This document shows positions 41,711 to 51,012 of a DNA stretch of 64,000 nucleotides, piece after piece (position 1 is the stretch's first letter; every line of letters begins with the position of its first letter). This DNA is from Micromonosporaceae bacterium (GTDB lineage Bacteria > Actinomycetota > Actinomycetes > Mycobacteriales > Micromonosporaceae). The translations under genes were made by a program, and so were the position numbers. The stretch is from positions 21,528 through 85,527 of the forward strand of contig WHTQ01000003.1 in assembly GCA_009377645.1 (NCBI GenBank). Direction: 5' to 3'. Under the pieces are notes generated by a model that worked only from the letters and a program-made list of their open reading frames with translations, had not been told where the DNA came from and made no database searches.

Positions 41711-43230
41711 ACATGCTCCTTTCCGGAGGACACTGCTGCGGCAACCGGGCGGCGGGCCGACCGGCGGCGGTGCCAGAGGCCCCGCAGGGGAGGGACAGTG
41801 GCCGAAAGCACCGACACCGCGATGATCACCAAGACGAGCGGGTGGGTCAGCCAGGACATGTCGTAGCGGGACACCGAGAGGAACAGGTAGTTCTCGGCGA
41901 GCCCACCCAGCACCAAGCCGAGCACGAGCGGCGCCCGGGGCCAGTCCAGCTTGACCATCGCCAGGCCGAGCAGGCCGAAGGCCAGCATCACGAAGACGCT
42001 GGACATCGAGGTTCGCTCCGAGTAGGCGCCGATGAAGATGAGCAGCAGCAGCGGTGGCAGGATCAGGCCACTGCGCACGGTGGTGATCTTGGCAATCGGC
42101 TTGACCGCAGCGAGCGCCACCGGGACTGCGATCACGTTGGCGATCACGATCATCCAGACGAACGACATCGTCAGGTCGAGATGGGTGGTGAGCATCTCCG
42201 CACCCGGCTGGATGCCCTGGATGAGGAAGGCGCCGAGCAGGATCGCCATCGTAAGGCTGCCCGGGATGCCAAAGGCGACCGTCGGAACGAGCCCACCGCC
42301 CTCCTTGGAGTTGTTCACCGTGGCTGGGGCGATCACGCCCTCGATCGCGCCCTTGCCGAACCGCGACGGGTCCTTCGACGTCTGCGCGGCGTGCCCATAC
42401 GCCACCCACTGCGCAACCGAGCCGCCCAGGCCGGGTAGGACTCCGACGAAGACGCCGATGAGGCTGGCCCTGATCAGCAACCAGCGGTGGCGGATGACGT
42501 CAAGAATGCCCTCCTTGACTCCGGAGACCTTGTCCGTGGCCTGGCTAGCGATGCCGCCTCGGCGCCTGGCAAGGTCGATCACCTCGGGCAAGCCGAACAG
42601 GCCGATCGCGACTGCGACCAGACCGACTCCGTCCCACAGCTGCAGGCTGCCGAACGTGAACCGCGGGATGCCCGACTGCGGATCCAAACCCACGGTAGAC
42701 AGAAGAAGGCCAAATGCCGCGGCGGCAAGGCTCCGCAGCATCTTGCCGCGGCCGAGCGTGGCGATGAAGGTCAGCCCCAGAATTATCAGCGCGAAGAACT
42801 CAGGTGACCCGAACGACAACACCAATGGACGGACCACCGGGATCGCCGCCACCAGAGCGACGGCGCCGATCACCGCACCGAGCAGGGATGCGAACAGGGC
42901 GGCGCCGAGCGCCCGCCCGGCCTGACCCTGCTTACTAAGGGCATGGCCATCCAGCACCAGCGCGGCCGATGTGGACTCGCCTGGTATTCCGAACAGGATC
43001 GACGTCATGTCACCCGTGGTAGCGGTGACCGAGAGCATGCCAAGCAGGAACGCGAACGCGTGGGTCGGTTCCATGTCGAACGTGAACGGGAGCATGAGCG
43101 CCAGGGTTACGGCGCCGCCGAGGCCCGGCAGGATGCCCACGGTGAACCCGACCGCCATCCCGACAAGCAGGAAGCCGAAAGCCGGCCAGCCAAGTGTCGC
43201 TACCAGCCCGTCAAGGAGTGACTGCAGCAT
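41707..43230 (-). CDS. tctA: TctA family large permease
   Basis: 507 aa, polytopic, with GILPGLGGAVTLALMLPFTF and VLPGLGGSVAQW repeats. Confidence 0.9.
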   Translation of the reverse strand: MLQSLLDGLVATLGWPAFGFLLVGMAVGFTVGILPGLGGAVTLALMLPFTFDMEPTHAFAFLLGMLSVTATTGDMTSILFGIPGESTSAALVLDGHALSKQGQAGRALGAALFASLLGAVIGAVALVAAIPVVRPLVLSFGSPEFFALIILGLTFIATLGRGKMLRSLAAAAFGLLLSTVGLDPQSGIPRFTFGSLQLWDGVGLVAVAIGLFGLPEVIDLARRRGGIASQATDKVSGVKEGILDVIRHRWLLIRASLIGVFVGVLPGLGGSVAQWVAYGHAAQTSKDPSRFGKGAIEGVIAPATVNNSKEGGGLVPTVAFGIPGSLTMAILLGAFLIQGIQPGAEMLTTHLDLTMSFVWMIVIANVIAVPVALAAVKPIAKITTVRSGLILPPLLLLIFIGAYSERTSMSSVFVMLAFGLLGLAMVKLDWPRAPLVLGLVLGGLAENYLFLSVSRYDMSWLTHPLVLVIIAVSVLSATVPPLRGLWHRRRSARRPVAAAVSSGKEHV

Positions 43231-43311
43231 GGAGAACGTTCCGTCCTTTCAGGTCGGGCGAGCGGGGTGGCACCGGGCGGCGGTCCGGTGCCCACCCACT
43301 CATCCAGCCGG

Positions 43312-44394
43312 CTAGCTCTCCCCGCCGATCAGAGTCTTGAGCTGGTCGCTGACGTCTGTCGGCATACTGAACAGATCGTCGAAGCCCTCCTTCACCTGCG
43401 CCCCGGTGAGCGGGTCGATGAGCAGACTGGCCTGCTCGCTCTCGGCGAGGAAGTCCGGGTCCTGCATCGTGTCGTCGAACGCTTGCTGCATCGCCGCGAC
43501 CCGTTCCTCCGGCACGTCCGGCGGCAAGAAGTAGATCCGGGTCAGACCACGCGGTGTGCCGGTGCCAAAGAACATCAGGTCCTCTTGCACCTTGTCCTGG
43601 GTGAACTCGTAGACTGTCGGCACATCCGGGATGATCTCCTCGATGGTCGGATCTGGCTCGCGGTCGCTCTGGACGAGAGTCGTCCACTCACCGGACTCGA
43701 ACTTGTCGCGGGTCGTGGCAAGCTCGGTGTGCCAGCTGGTCACGAAGCCGTCGATCTCGCCGGACTCGATAGCGAGCTGGATCGCTGAGCTGCCGTCGTA
43801 CCCCGGGACGATCCTGATGTTGGCCCCGAGGACCTCCTTCATCAGGACGGCCGGGTCGGTCTGCATCGAACCGGGCGACTGCACGCCAACAACCAGTTCC
43901 GGACCGCCCGGGGTCAGCAGTTCCTGGAAGCTCTTCGCCGCGGCGTCGGTGCGCGCGACCAGCACTGTGTTGCCTGGCGGGTCAGGCTGGCCGAGGTAGT
44001 TGTACTTGGTCATGTCGAACTGCACCCGTTCCGAGCCGAACAGCTGCTGGATTGCGAGCCCGCCGGTCGCGTTCCCGATGACCGTGCCGTCCTTCGGCGC
44101 CTGGTTGTAGACGTAGTTCATGGCGACCATGTGACCGGCACCCGGCATGTTCTCGACGATGACGTTCGGCTGGCCGGGGATGTGCTCACGGATGTGCTTG
44201 GCAATCATTCGGGCATAGGTGTCGAAGCCACCGCCGGGGGCGGACGCCACGATCAGCCGCACGGTGTTGCCTTCGTAGAATTCCTCCGCGGAGCCCGAGC
44301 TGTCGCCGCCTCCGTCCTCGGAGCTGTTGCCACACGCCGCGACGGCCAGCAATGCGAGCACTCCCGCGAAGGCGCCTAGTTTGCGTACGATCAT
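43312..44394 (-). CDS. tctC: TctC/Bug family extracytoplasmic solute receptor (lipoprotein)
   Basis: Lipobox LLAVAAC and the Bug motif IVASAPGGGFDTYARMIAKHI. Confidence 0.9.
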   Translation of the reverse strand: MIVRKLGAFAGVLALLAVAACGNSSEDGGGDSSGSAEEFYEGNTVRLIVASAPGGGFDTYARMIAKHIREHIPGQPNVIVENMPGAGHMVAMNYVYNQAPKDGTVIGNATGGLAIQQLFGSERVQFDMTKYNYLGQPDPPGNTVLVARTDAAAKSFQELLTPGGPELVVGVQSPGSMQTDPAVLMKEVLGANIRIVPGYDGSSAIQLAIESGEIDGFVTSWHTELATTRDKFESGEWTTLVQSDREPDPTIEEIIPDVPTVYEFTQDKVQEDLMFFGTGTPRGLTRIYFLPPDVPEERVAAMQQAFDDTMQDPDFLAESEQASLLIDPLTGAQVKEGFDDLFSMPTDVSDQLKTLIGGES

Positions 44395-44812
44395 CTGAGT
44401 TCCTCGTTCTATCGCTCTTCAATGGAACATCTGGGCTTGGACCCGTAGGCTCCGGCGCCCTCCACCAACCGGCTGCCGAGAGATTGGCAACGACACCGCT
44501 CCCATGGCGTCGACTCCGGCGTCGGGCCATGCACAAGGGTCCCGACCTGTCCGATCGGTATTCGTCTCTAGGTACGGGGCCCATAGGGCATACTCCGCTT
44601 TGACGGGCCGCCTGGACGGGCGGGCCGCAGCGTCGCATATGCTGCCATCAGGCTAGGACCGCGCTTCGCTATACATGAAGAGCGGCGTACCGATCAGTGG
44701 AACTAAAAGCAGCCCGCCTGCGCCGGCCGGATCCCGCTAACTGAGAATGCCCGGTGATCGACCAGGCTGTGACCAACAGCGCCCGCAGGACCGGTAGGAG
44801 ACACGCAAGAGC

Positions 44813-45451
44813 TCACTCCTGCGGTGTCCCGATCTCTTGTGCGCCGTCCTGACGGAGGCCTCCCCACTGCCTGACCGGAACGTCGGCCCGCAGGCCGAGC
44901 ATCGCGAGCGCCCTGGCCACGGTGTGCCGGACGATGTCGTCGAGCGTCTCGGGCTTGGTGTAGAAAGCCGGCACCGGCGGCGCGATCACCGCGCCAGCCT
45001 CCGCGGCCGAAGCCATCAGCCGCAGATGGCCAAGGTGCAGCGGGGTCTCTCGGACCAGGAGCACCAGCGGACGGCGTTCCTTGAGGGTCACGTCGGCGGC
45101 CCGGCTGATCAGGTTGTCCGAGTACGAGTGGGCGATCGCTGAGAGTGTCTTGATCGAGCAGGGCGCGACCAGCATTCCCCGGACCGGGAAGGAGCCTGAG
45201 GCGATCGATGCGCCGATATTGTTGACGCTGTGCACGACATCCGCGTGCGCGGCCACCACCCGCCGGTCCAGGCCGGTCTCGTGTTTGAGCGTAACCAGGG
45301 CCGACGCCGAAGCCACCAGGTGCACCTCGATCCGGTCCAGCTCGCGTAGCAGCTGCAGCGCCCGCAGCCCATAGATCGCCCCGCTGGCACCGGTTATCGC
45401 CACGATAACCCGCTCCGGCGCGGGCCGTCCGTTGCTGGGCACCGCGCTCAT
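44813..45451 (-). CDS. ubiX: Flavin prenyltransferase UbiX (prFMN synthase)
   Basis: VAITGASGAIYGLRAL..., PCSIKTLSAIAHSYSDNLISRAADV. Its ATG overlaps the UbiD copy-2 stop (ATGA). Confidence 0.9.
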   Translation of the reverse strand: MSAVPSNGRPAPERVIVAITGASGAIYGLRALQLLRELDRIEVHLVASASALVTLKHETGLDRRVVAAHADVVHSVNNIGASIASGSFPVRGMLVAPCSIKTLSAIAHSYSDNLISRAADVTLKERRPLVLLVRETPLHLGHLRLMASAAEAGAVIAPPVPAFYTKPETLDDIVRHTVARALAMLGLRADVPVRQWGGLRQDGAQEIGTPQE

Positions 45452-46941
45452 CGGGACGCATTCTCTGCGCCCGGGTGGCCTCCGCCTGGCCCGACCTGCC
45501 GTTGGCCGGTACCGAAGCCCCGCAACAGCTCATCCCACCGCTGTGCCACCCGCAGCCGCGCCTGCGGGGGGAACACGTTGCTGTGCGGAAAGTCCTCCCG
45601 CCAGTGGAATGGCCGGCACGCATCCACCAGCAGCCGCCCCATCGTATGGTCGCCGGCCGCCAGCTGCTGCGGCGACAGCCGCGGGTCGAGGGTGGTGGTC
45701 CATGCGCCCCGAATCACGTCGATCGACGTGGCCGGGTCAGCGCGGGTACACATCGCCCAGACCACCTGCTCCAAACTGGTCACGTCGATGTCGTCGTCGA
45801 CCGCCACGTAGTAGCGGTACATGCTGGCGCCACTGCGAAAACCTGACGCGGCGAGCAGGGCCTGCTTGGCATGGCCGGCGTACCGCTGCTTGACGCTGAC
45901 CACGATCATCAGCGTCTTGCAGAACCCCCACACCCCGGTCACGTCGGTGATCCCGGAGCGGTCCAGGTGGTCCCAGAGCTCAAGCGTGAACGACGGGATC
46001 GCCACACTGTCGCTGTCGCCGAGCGGGCGCAGCGGCGGCGTGCCGAGCAAGATCGGCCGTTCCCGGTGATAGATCGTGTCCACGGTCATCACCGGCTCGT
46101 TCCCTTCATGCGAGTAGTAGCCGGGCCACTCGCCGAACGGCCCCTCGTACGCGGTGTCCAGCTCCGGCGACGGGATTCGCCCCTCCAGCACGATCTCGGC
46201 GTGCGCGGGCACCGGAAGGCCACTCGCCGGCAGGTTCACCACCTCTAGCGGGCTGCCCCGGAAGGCGCCGGCCAGCTCGTACTCGGAGGTGCCGAAGGGG
46301 GCTGCCATCGCGGCCGTCATCCAGGTCGCCGGGTCGCAGCCCAGTACCACCGCGATCGGGGCTTCCCGGCCGGCGGCCCAATGCTTCTCCAGGATCATCC
46401 GGCCGTGCTTGGCGGCCAGGATCCACAGGCTCATCCGGTTGCGCCCTTGGATCATGCCTCGGTAGACGCCGACATTGACCCAGCCCCGATCCGGATCCCG
46501 CAGCACGACCATGTCGGCGGTGCCGATGTACCGGCCGCCGTCCCGCTCATGCCACTTTGGCGTCGGAAACGCGTCCAGGTCGACCTCGTCGCCTACCTGC
46601 CGGCTAGCGAGGACGGGACCGTCGGAGGCCACCGCGGGAGGCAGCGGCCCGCTGAGCTGCCGACGCCGTACTCGCCACTGGGCCAGCATGTCCAGCGGGT
46701 GGGCGTCGAGCGGCAGATCGAAGGCAACGCCGAACCGCCGGGTAGTGCGCAGCGGGTTGGCCGCGACCCGGTGCCCCTCCGGGAGGCCATCGAACCGGTC
46801 GAATACCAGCATCGGGCCGCGCGCCTCGGCGGCCAGCTCGGTCAGCACGCCGACCTCCTCGTCCAGCGAGGCGCCGTCGACGAACGCCGCCTCACCGACC
46901 TCGGCGCAGGCGCCGATGAACGCTTCAAGCGAGTCCTGCAT
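45448..46941 (-). CDS. UbiD family (prFMN-dependent) decarboxylase, copy 2
   Basis: UbiD fold, with FGEWPGYY. I prefer the start at MQDSLEAF (46941, RBS GGGGGAGA). The Met at 46974, which overlaps the MFS stop, is the alternative. Confidence 0.85.
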   Translation of the reverse strand: MQDSLEAFIGACAEVGEAAFVDGASLDEEVGVLTELAAEARGPMLVFDRFDGLPEGHRVAANPLRTTRRFGVAFDLPLDAHPLDMLAQWRVRRRQLSGPLPPAVASDGPVLASRQVGDEVDLDAFPTPKWHERDGGRYIGTADMVVLRDPDRGWVNVGVYRGMIQGRNRMSLWILAAKHGRMILEKHWAAGREAPIAVVLGCDPATWMTAAMAAPFGTSEYELAGAFRGSPLEVVNLPASGLPVPAHAEIVLEGRIPSPELDTAYEGPFGEWPGYYSHEGNEPVMTVDTIYHRERPILLGTPPLRPLGDSDSVAIPSFTLELWDHLDRSGITDVTGVWGFCKTLMIVVSVKQRYAGHAKQALLAASGFRSGASMYRYYVAVDDDIDVTSLEQVVWAMCTRADPATSIDVIRGAWTTTLDPRLSPQQLAAGDHTMGRLLVDACRPFHWREDFPHSNVFPPQARLRVAQRWDELLRGFGTGQRQVGPGGGHPGAENASR

Positions 46942-46970
46942 GGTCTCCCCCAGTAGTTGCACCCGAGACT

Positions 46971-48299
46971 TCATGATCGCTTTCCGGTCCGCGGATCGGC
47001 TCGGACCCGGCGGCCGGACCGCTCGCGGGTGGCTCTCGCCACCGCCAAGGCCGCCGCTGCCACGACCACCCCTGTGCCGACCAGCGCCCAGGTAAGCGTG
47101 GTGACGCTGGCCAACGTGGAGTCGACCAGGGCGGCCAGCGGACGGGAGCCGAGGAAGAAGACGCCCCACAGTGCCATCACCCGCCCGCGCAGGTGCTCCG
47201 GCACATCGAGCTGCATCGAGGTGGTCAGCGCGGTGATCGCGAAGAAGTAGCCGACACCACCGACGGCCAGAGCGGCGCTGCCGGTCAGCAGCTCCGGCGC
47301 AACGCCGAGCACACCGATCATCAGTGCAAGCGTGGTCAGGCCAAGCACGCCAGTAGCGCGGTAGCCGATCCGGACGTTGACCCGGCGGACGAACAGCATC
47401 GCCAGCACCGCCCCGCCGCCGTACGCGCCGGCGAGGATGCCGACCGCGAGCTCAACGTTGTCGACCTTGAGCGGACCGCCGCCGGCCATCAGATCGTGGG
47501 CGAGCAGTGGCACCAGCGTGATCACCGGGTCACTGCCGTACCCGGCGGCGGCGATGCCGACCAGCATCGCGAGCATCCGCTTGTGCGCCCAGACGTAGCG
47601 GATGCCGGCGGTGAAGCCGCGGTGGGCGACCCCCGCCCTGGCACCGGCGCCATGCGGCCCGCTGTCCGGCTCGGCCCGGAGCGGCTTGATCACCGCCAGC
47701 GCGGCGACGAACAGCAGGTAGGAGGCGGCGACTGCCACGAAGACAGCGATCGGCCCCAGCGAAAGCAGGAGCAGGCCGCTCAGTGCGGGTCCGAGGGTCC
47801 GCCCGAGGTTGAACGTCACCGTGTTGAGCGCCACGGCCTGACCCAGGTCGGCGGTGGGCACCAGGGCGGCGACCAACGCGTGCCGGGCCGGGTCGGTGAC
47901 CGCCAGCGCTATGCCGAAGCCGAGCGACATCAGCAGTACCGGCCATGGGTTGGTGATCCGGTCCTGGCCGACCAGTGCTCCCCATGCCGCCAACCCCGAA
48001 ACCGCCACCCCAGCGCAGGCCAGCGCAACCATCATCAGCTTACGTCGATCGAACCGGTCGGCCAGCGCGCCCCCCACGGGGGCGAGCACGACCGGGGCGG
48101 TGAACTGCATGATGGTGACCAGCCCGACGTAGAAGGCGGATCCGGTGATCTGGAAGATCAGCACGACTGCGCCGACGTTGTAGGCCCAGACGCCGGTGTT
48201 CGAGACGACGTTGCCCCAGAAGTACGGCCCGAAGTTCCGGTCAAGCAGCAGCGCCCAGGAGCTACGCGACCCGCTGACCGTGCCCACCAACCGACCCAC
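46971..48299 (-). CDS. MFS transporter (MFS_3/EntS-like)
   Basis: About 12 TM helices, with LLDRNFGPYFWGNVVSNTGVW typical of this subfamily. Start uncertain (GTG 48299, TTG 48290 or GTG 48287). Confidence 0.75.
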   Translation of the reverse strand: MGRLVGTVSGSRSSWALLLDRNFGPYFWGNVVSNTGVWAYNVGAVVLIFQITGSAFYVGLVTIMQFTAPVVLAPVGGALADRFDRRKLMMVALACAGVAVSGLAAWGALVGQDRITNPWPVLLMSLGFGIALAVTDPARHALVAALVPTADLGQAVALNTVTFNLGRTLGPALSGLLLLSLGPIAVFVAVAASYLLFVAALAVIKPLRAEPDSGPHGAGARAGVAHRGFTAGIRYVWAHKRMLAMLVGIAAAGYGSDPVITLVPLLAHDLMAGGGPLKVDNVELAVGILAGAYGGGAVLAMLFVRRVNVRIGYRATGVLGLTTLALMIGVLGVAPELLTGSAALAVGGVGYFFAITALTTSMQLDVPEHLRGRVMALWGVFFLGSRPLAALVDSTLASVTTLTWALVGTGVVVAAAALAVARATRERSGRRVRADPRTGKRS

Positions 48300-48304
48300 C
48301 CACC

Positions 48305-49093
48305 CTAGGTGAGATAGCCACGAGCCTGGAACAGCCCGTGAATCTGCGAAACGTACGCGTTGAACTCGGGGGTCACCTGCAGTCCCGGCGATCTTGGGTG
48401 GGGCAGGTCGATGTCGACGATCCGCTCGATTCGTCCCGGCCGCGGGGTCATCACCGCCACCCGGTCGCTGAGGAACACCGCCTCGGCGATCGAGTGTGTG
48501 ATGAACAGGACCGACTTGCGCTGCTCGTACCACAGCCGGTGCAGATCCAGCATGAGCTGCTCGCGCGTCATCGTGTCGAGCGCCCCAAACGGCTCGTCCA
48601 GCAACAGGATGCTCGGATCGTGTACGAGCGCCCGGCAGATCGAGACCCGTTGCTTCATGCCACCGCTGAGCTGGCGAGGATAGGCGTTCTCGAAGCCGGT
48701 CAGCCCCACCCGGCGGAGCAGATCCCCGGCCCGCGCCCGATGCGCGTCGTCGAGCAGCTTGCGCCCCTCAAGCTGGATCAGCACGTTGCCCATCACCGTG
48801 CGCCAGTCGAGCAGCAGCGCGTCTTGGAACGCGACGCCGGGGAGGGTCTGCGGTCCCCGGACCGGCGTACCCTCGACCAGCACCTCGCCGCCGGTGCTCG
48901 TCAGCAGCCCGGAGGCGATCATCAACATTGTGGACTTACCGCAGCCGGAGGGGCCGACAAGCGAGACGAACTCCCCGTCCCGGATGTCCAATGACACGCC
49001 GCAGAGCGCCTCGACTATCCGCTCGGGGGACCGGTAGACCTGCGAGACGTCCCGGAACGAGATGGCGTCGGGCGTTTCCGATGCAGTAGTCAC
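48305..49093 (-). CDS. ABC transporter ATP-binding protein (NitT/TauT family)
   Basis: Walker A GPSGCGKST, signature LSGGMKQR, Walker B LLLDEPFGALD. The GTG at 49093 overlaps the permease stop (GTGA). Confidence 0.9.
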   Translation of the reverse strand: MTTASETPDAISFRDVSQVYRSPERIVEALCGVSLDIRDGEFVSLVGPSGCGKSTMLMIASGLLTSTGGEVLVEGTPVRGPQTLPGVAFQDALLLDWRTVMGNVLIQLEGRKLLDDAHRARAGDLLRRVGLTGFENAYPRQLSGGMKQRVSICRALVHDPSILLLDEPFGALDTMTREQLMLDLHRLWYEQRKSVLFITHSIAEAVFLSDRVAVMTPRPGRIERIVDIDLPHPRSPGLQVTPEFNAYVSQIHGLFQARGYLT

Positions 49094-49929
49094 AGCAACT
49101 TCTCCCGTTCCCGCGCCTGGGTCTCGTGCCACGGAATGGAGAACCGCTCGACCACCTCGATGAGCCAGAAGAGCAGGACGCCGATCAGGGCGATGATGAT
49201 GATCGCGCTGAACGTGGTCGGGGTGTTCAGCGCGCTCGTGCTGATCAGGATCAGTGCGCCGAGGCCGGCTTCGGCACCGATGAACTCGCCCACGACCGCG
49301 CCGATCACGGCGAGCGTCATACCGACCTTGAGCCCGCCGAACACCGACGGCAGCGAGCTCGGAAATCGGATCTTGATGAACAGCTGGACCCAGGACAGGC
49401 CCATCACCCGACCAAGGTTGATCATGTTCTGCCCGATCCCCTGCAGCCCCACGATCGTGGCGACGGTGATCGGAAAGAACGCGATCAGCGCGGTGGTCGC
49501 GATGATCGGGGCGACCCCGAAGCCGAGCCAGACCACCAGCAGCGGGGCGATCGCCACCTTCGGGATTGCCTGCAGCATGACGATGATCGGATAGATCGCC
49601 CGCTCGATCGCCCGGCTGGAGACCATCGCGACGGCCAGCGTCAAGCCGAACCCGACGGCGATCGAATAGCCCACCGCCACCTCCGTCACGGTGGCCCGAG
49701 CATGCACCAGCAAGTCACGCCAGTCTTCGACCAGCGTCTCGGCGACCGCCCCGGGGCCGGGAAGGAGGAACTCTTCGATGTCGAGAACCGTCACGACGGA
49801 GTGCCAGATCAAGACCAACCCGGCGAACTCGAGCAGGATGAACAGGCTCCGGCGCAGCCGGGCGCCCCGGAACCGAACCTTGGTCGACCGGGCCAGAGAT
49901 GACGGAGCCTCTGCCACGTCGGTCGTCAC
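49090..49929 (-). CDS. ABC transporter permease (NitT/TauT family)
   Basis: Six TM helices and an EAA-like loop, adjacent to the cognate ATPase and SBP. Confidence 0.85.
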   Translation of the reverse strand: MTTDVAEAPSSLARSTKVRFRGARLRRSLFILLEFAGLVLIWHSVVTVLDIEEFLLPGPGAVAETLVEDWRDLLVHARATVTEVAVGYSIAVGFGLTLAVAMVSSRAIERAIYPIIVMLQAIPKVAIAPLLVVWLGFGVAPIIATTALIAFFPITVATIVGLQGIGQNMINLGRVMGLSWVQLFIKIRFPSSLPSVFGGLKVGMTLAVIGAVVGEFIGAEAGLGALILISTSALNTPTTFSAIIIIALIGVLLFWLIEVVERFSIPWHETQAREREKLL

Positions 49930-49998
49930 GGCTTCCTCCCGAAGCGTTGAAGGGTCGAGCGTCCGCCGGGCTGGCCGCGCCGGACGGGCGGCGCGGAC

Positions 49999-51003
49999 TC
50001 AGTCAACCGGTTCGATGAACTCGTTGGTGTAGTAAACGTCGAGCGGCTGCGGAGACTCGAGGTCGCCGGACTGCACCAGCACGTCGACCGTGGCCTGCCA
50101 GACCTCATCGGACATCTGGCCGAGCGGTTTCCCCACCATCTCGTTGACCGTGGTGATCACCTTGATGGGATCCTGGTAGGCGGATATACCGTCGGGGAAG
50201 TACTTCTCTACCGAGTCGACCGCGAACTGGTGCTCGGTCAGCGAGTCGTTGAGCCCGCGCAGGAAGGCGCGGACGATGCCCCGCACCTCGTCGGGGCTCT
50301 CCTCGATCTTGCTCTCCGTGGTGACCAGACCGGAGCCGATGGTTCCTACGCCGTAGTCGGCGTAGGCCAGCCAACCCGCGTCGGGCATGTCCTCGCGGAC
50401 CCGCACCAGGTTGGTGTAGGACGCTCCGGAGGCCGCGTCCACGTCGCCGCTGAGCAACGCGGTCACAGTCGCCCGGCCAGACACTGACACTATCTCCACC
50501 TTGGACTCATCGATGCCGTTGAGGCTTACGAATGGGCTCCAGAGCAGGCGCGACGCGCCGGCCGACGGCAGGGCAAGCTGCTTGCCCTCCAGGTCCTTCG
50601 GCGTGCTTATACCGCTGTCCGGGGCAGTCATGATCCCGAACGCGTTGACCTGCCGGTTCGCCGCGACCGCGCGCAGCCCCAGGCCCTCCTGCGCCGCCAG
50701 CGGCACGTCGTCCATGGATCCGAACAGATAGTCGTTCTGGCCAGTGGCCACAAGTACAGTGGGTTCGACGTTGCCGCCCTGGACGATCTCCACGTCGTAC
50801 CCCTCGTCGCGGAAGTAGCCCTTCTCCAAAGCCACGAAGGCCGGGGAGTACTCAGGGCTGGCGGTAAAGCCGAGCACGATGCTGACCTTCGTCAGCTCCC
50901 CGCTCGCCGGATCGTTCTCCGCGTCACCCCCGCCACCGCACGCGGCGGCGAGGAGGGAAGCAGCTGCCATACTCGCAGCGAAGCGCAATGGACGTTTCCT
51001 CAT
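49999..51003 (-). CDS. ABC substrate-binding lipoprotein (NMT1/SsuA/TauA-like)
   Basis: Lipobox LLAAAC and an NMT1-like fold. Confidence 0.85.
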   Translation of the reverse strand: MRKRPLRFAASMAAASLLAAACGGGGDAENDPASGELTKVSIVLGFTASPEYSPAFVALEKGYFRDEGYDVEIVQGGNVEPTVLVATGQNDYLFGSMDDVPLAAQEGLGLRAVAANRQVNAFGIMTAPDSGISTPKDLEGKQLALPSAGASRLLWSPFVSLNGIDESKVEIVSVSGRATVTALLSGDVDAASGASYTNLVRVREDMPDAGWLAYADYGVGTIGSGLVTTESKIEESPDEVRGIVRAFLRGLNDSLTEHQFAVDSVEKYFPDGISAYQDPIKVITTVNEMVGKPLGQMSDEVWQATVDVLVQSGDLESPQPLDVYYTNEFIEPVD

Positions 51004-51012
51004 ACCGGACTC

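Noticed and set aside
41711-42409. N-terminal 233 codons of ORF 41111..42409
   Set aside because: This part overlaps tctA in another frame and is Arg/Pro/Gly-rich. Only the distal 199 codons (TctB-like, four TM helices) are credible.
44741-44766. CTGAGA...CCAGG string reminiscent of a TPP riboswitch core in the ubiX-tctC gap
   Set aside because: It lies on the wrong strand relative to the flanking genes, and it lacks the ACCTGATCTGGATAATGCCAGCG-type second half and the pairing partners.
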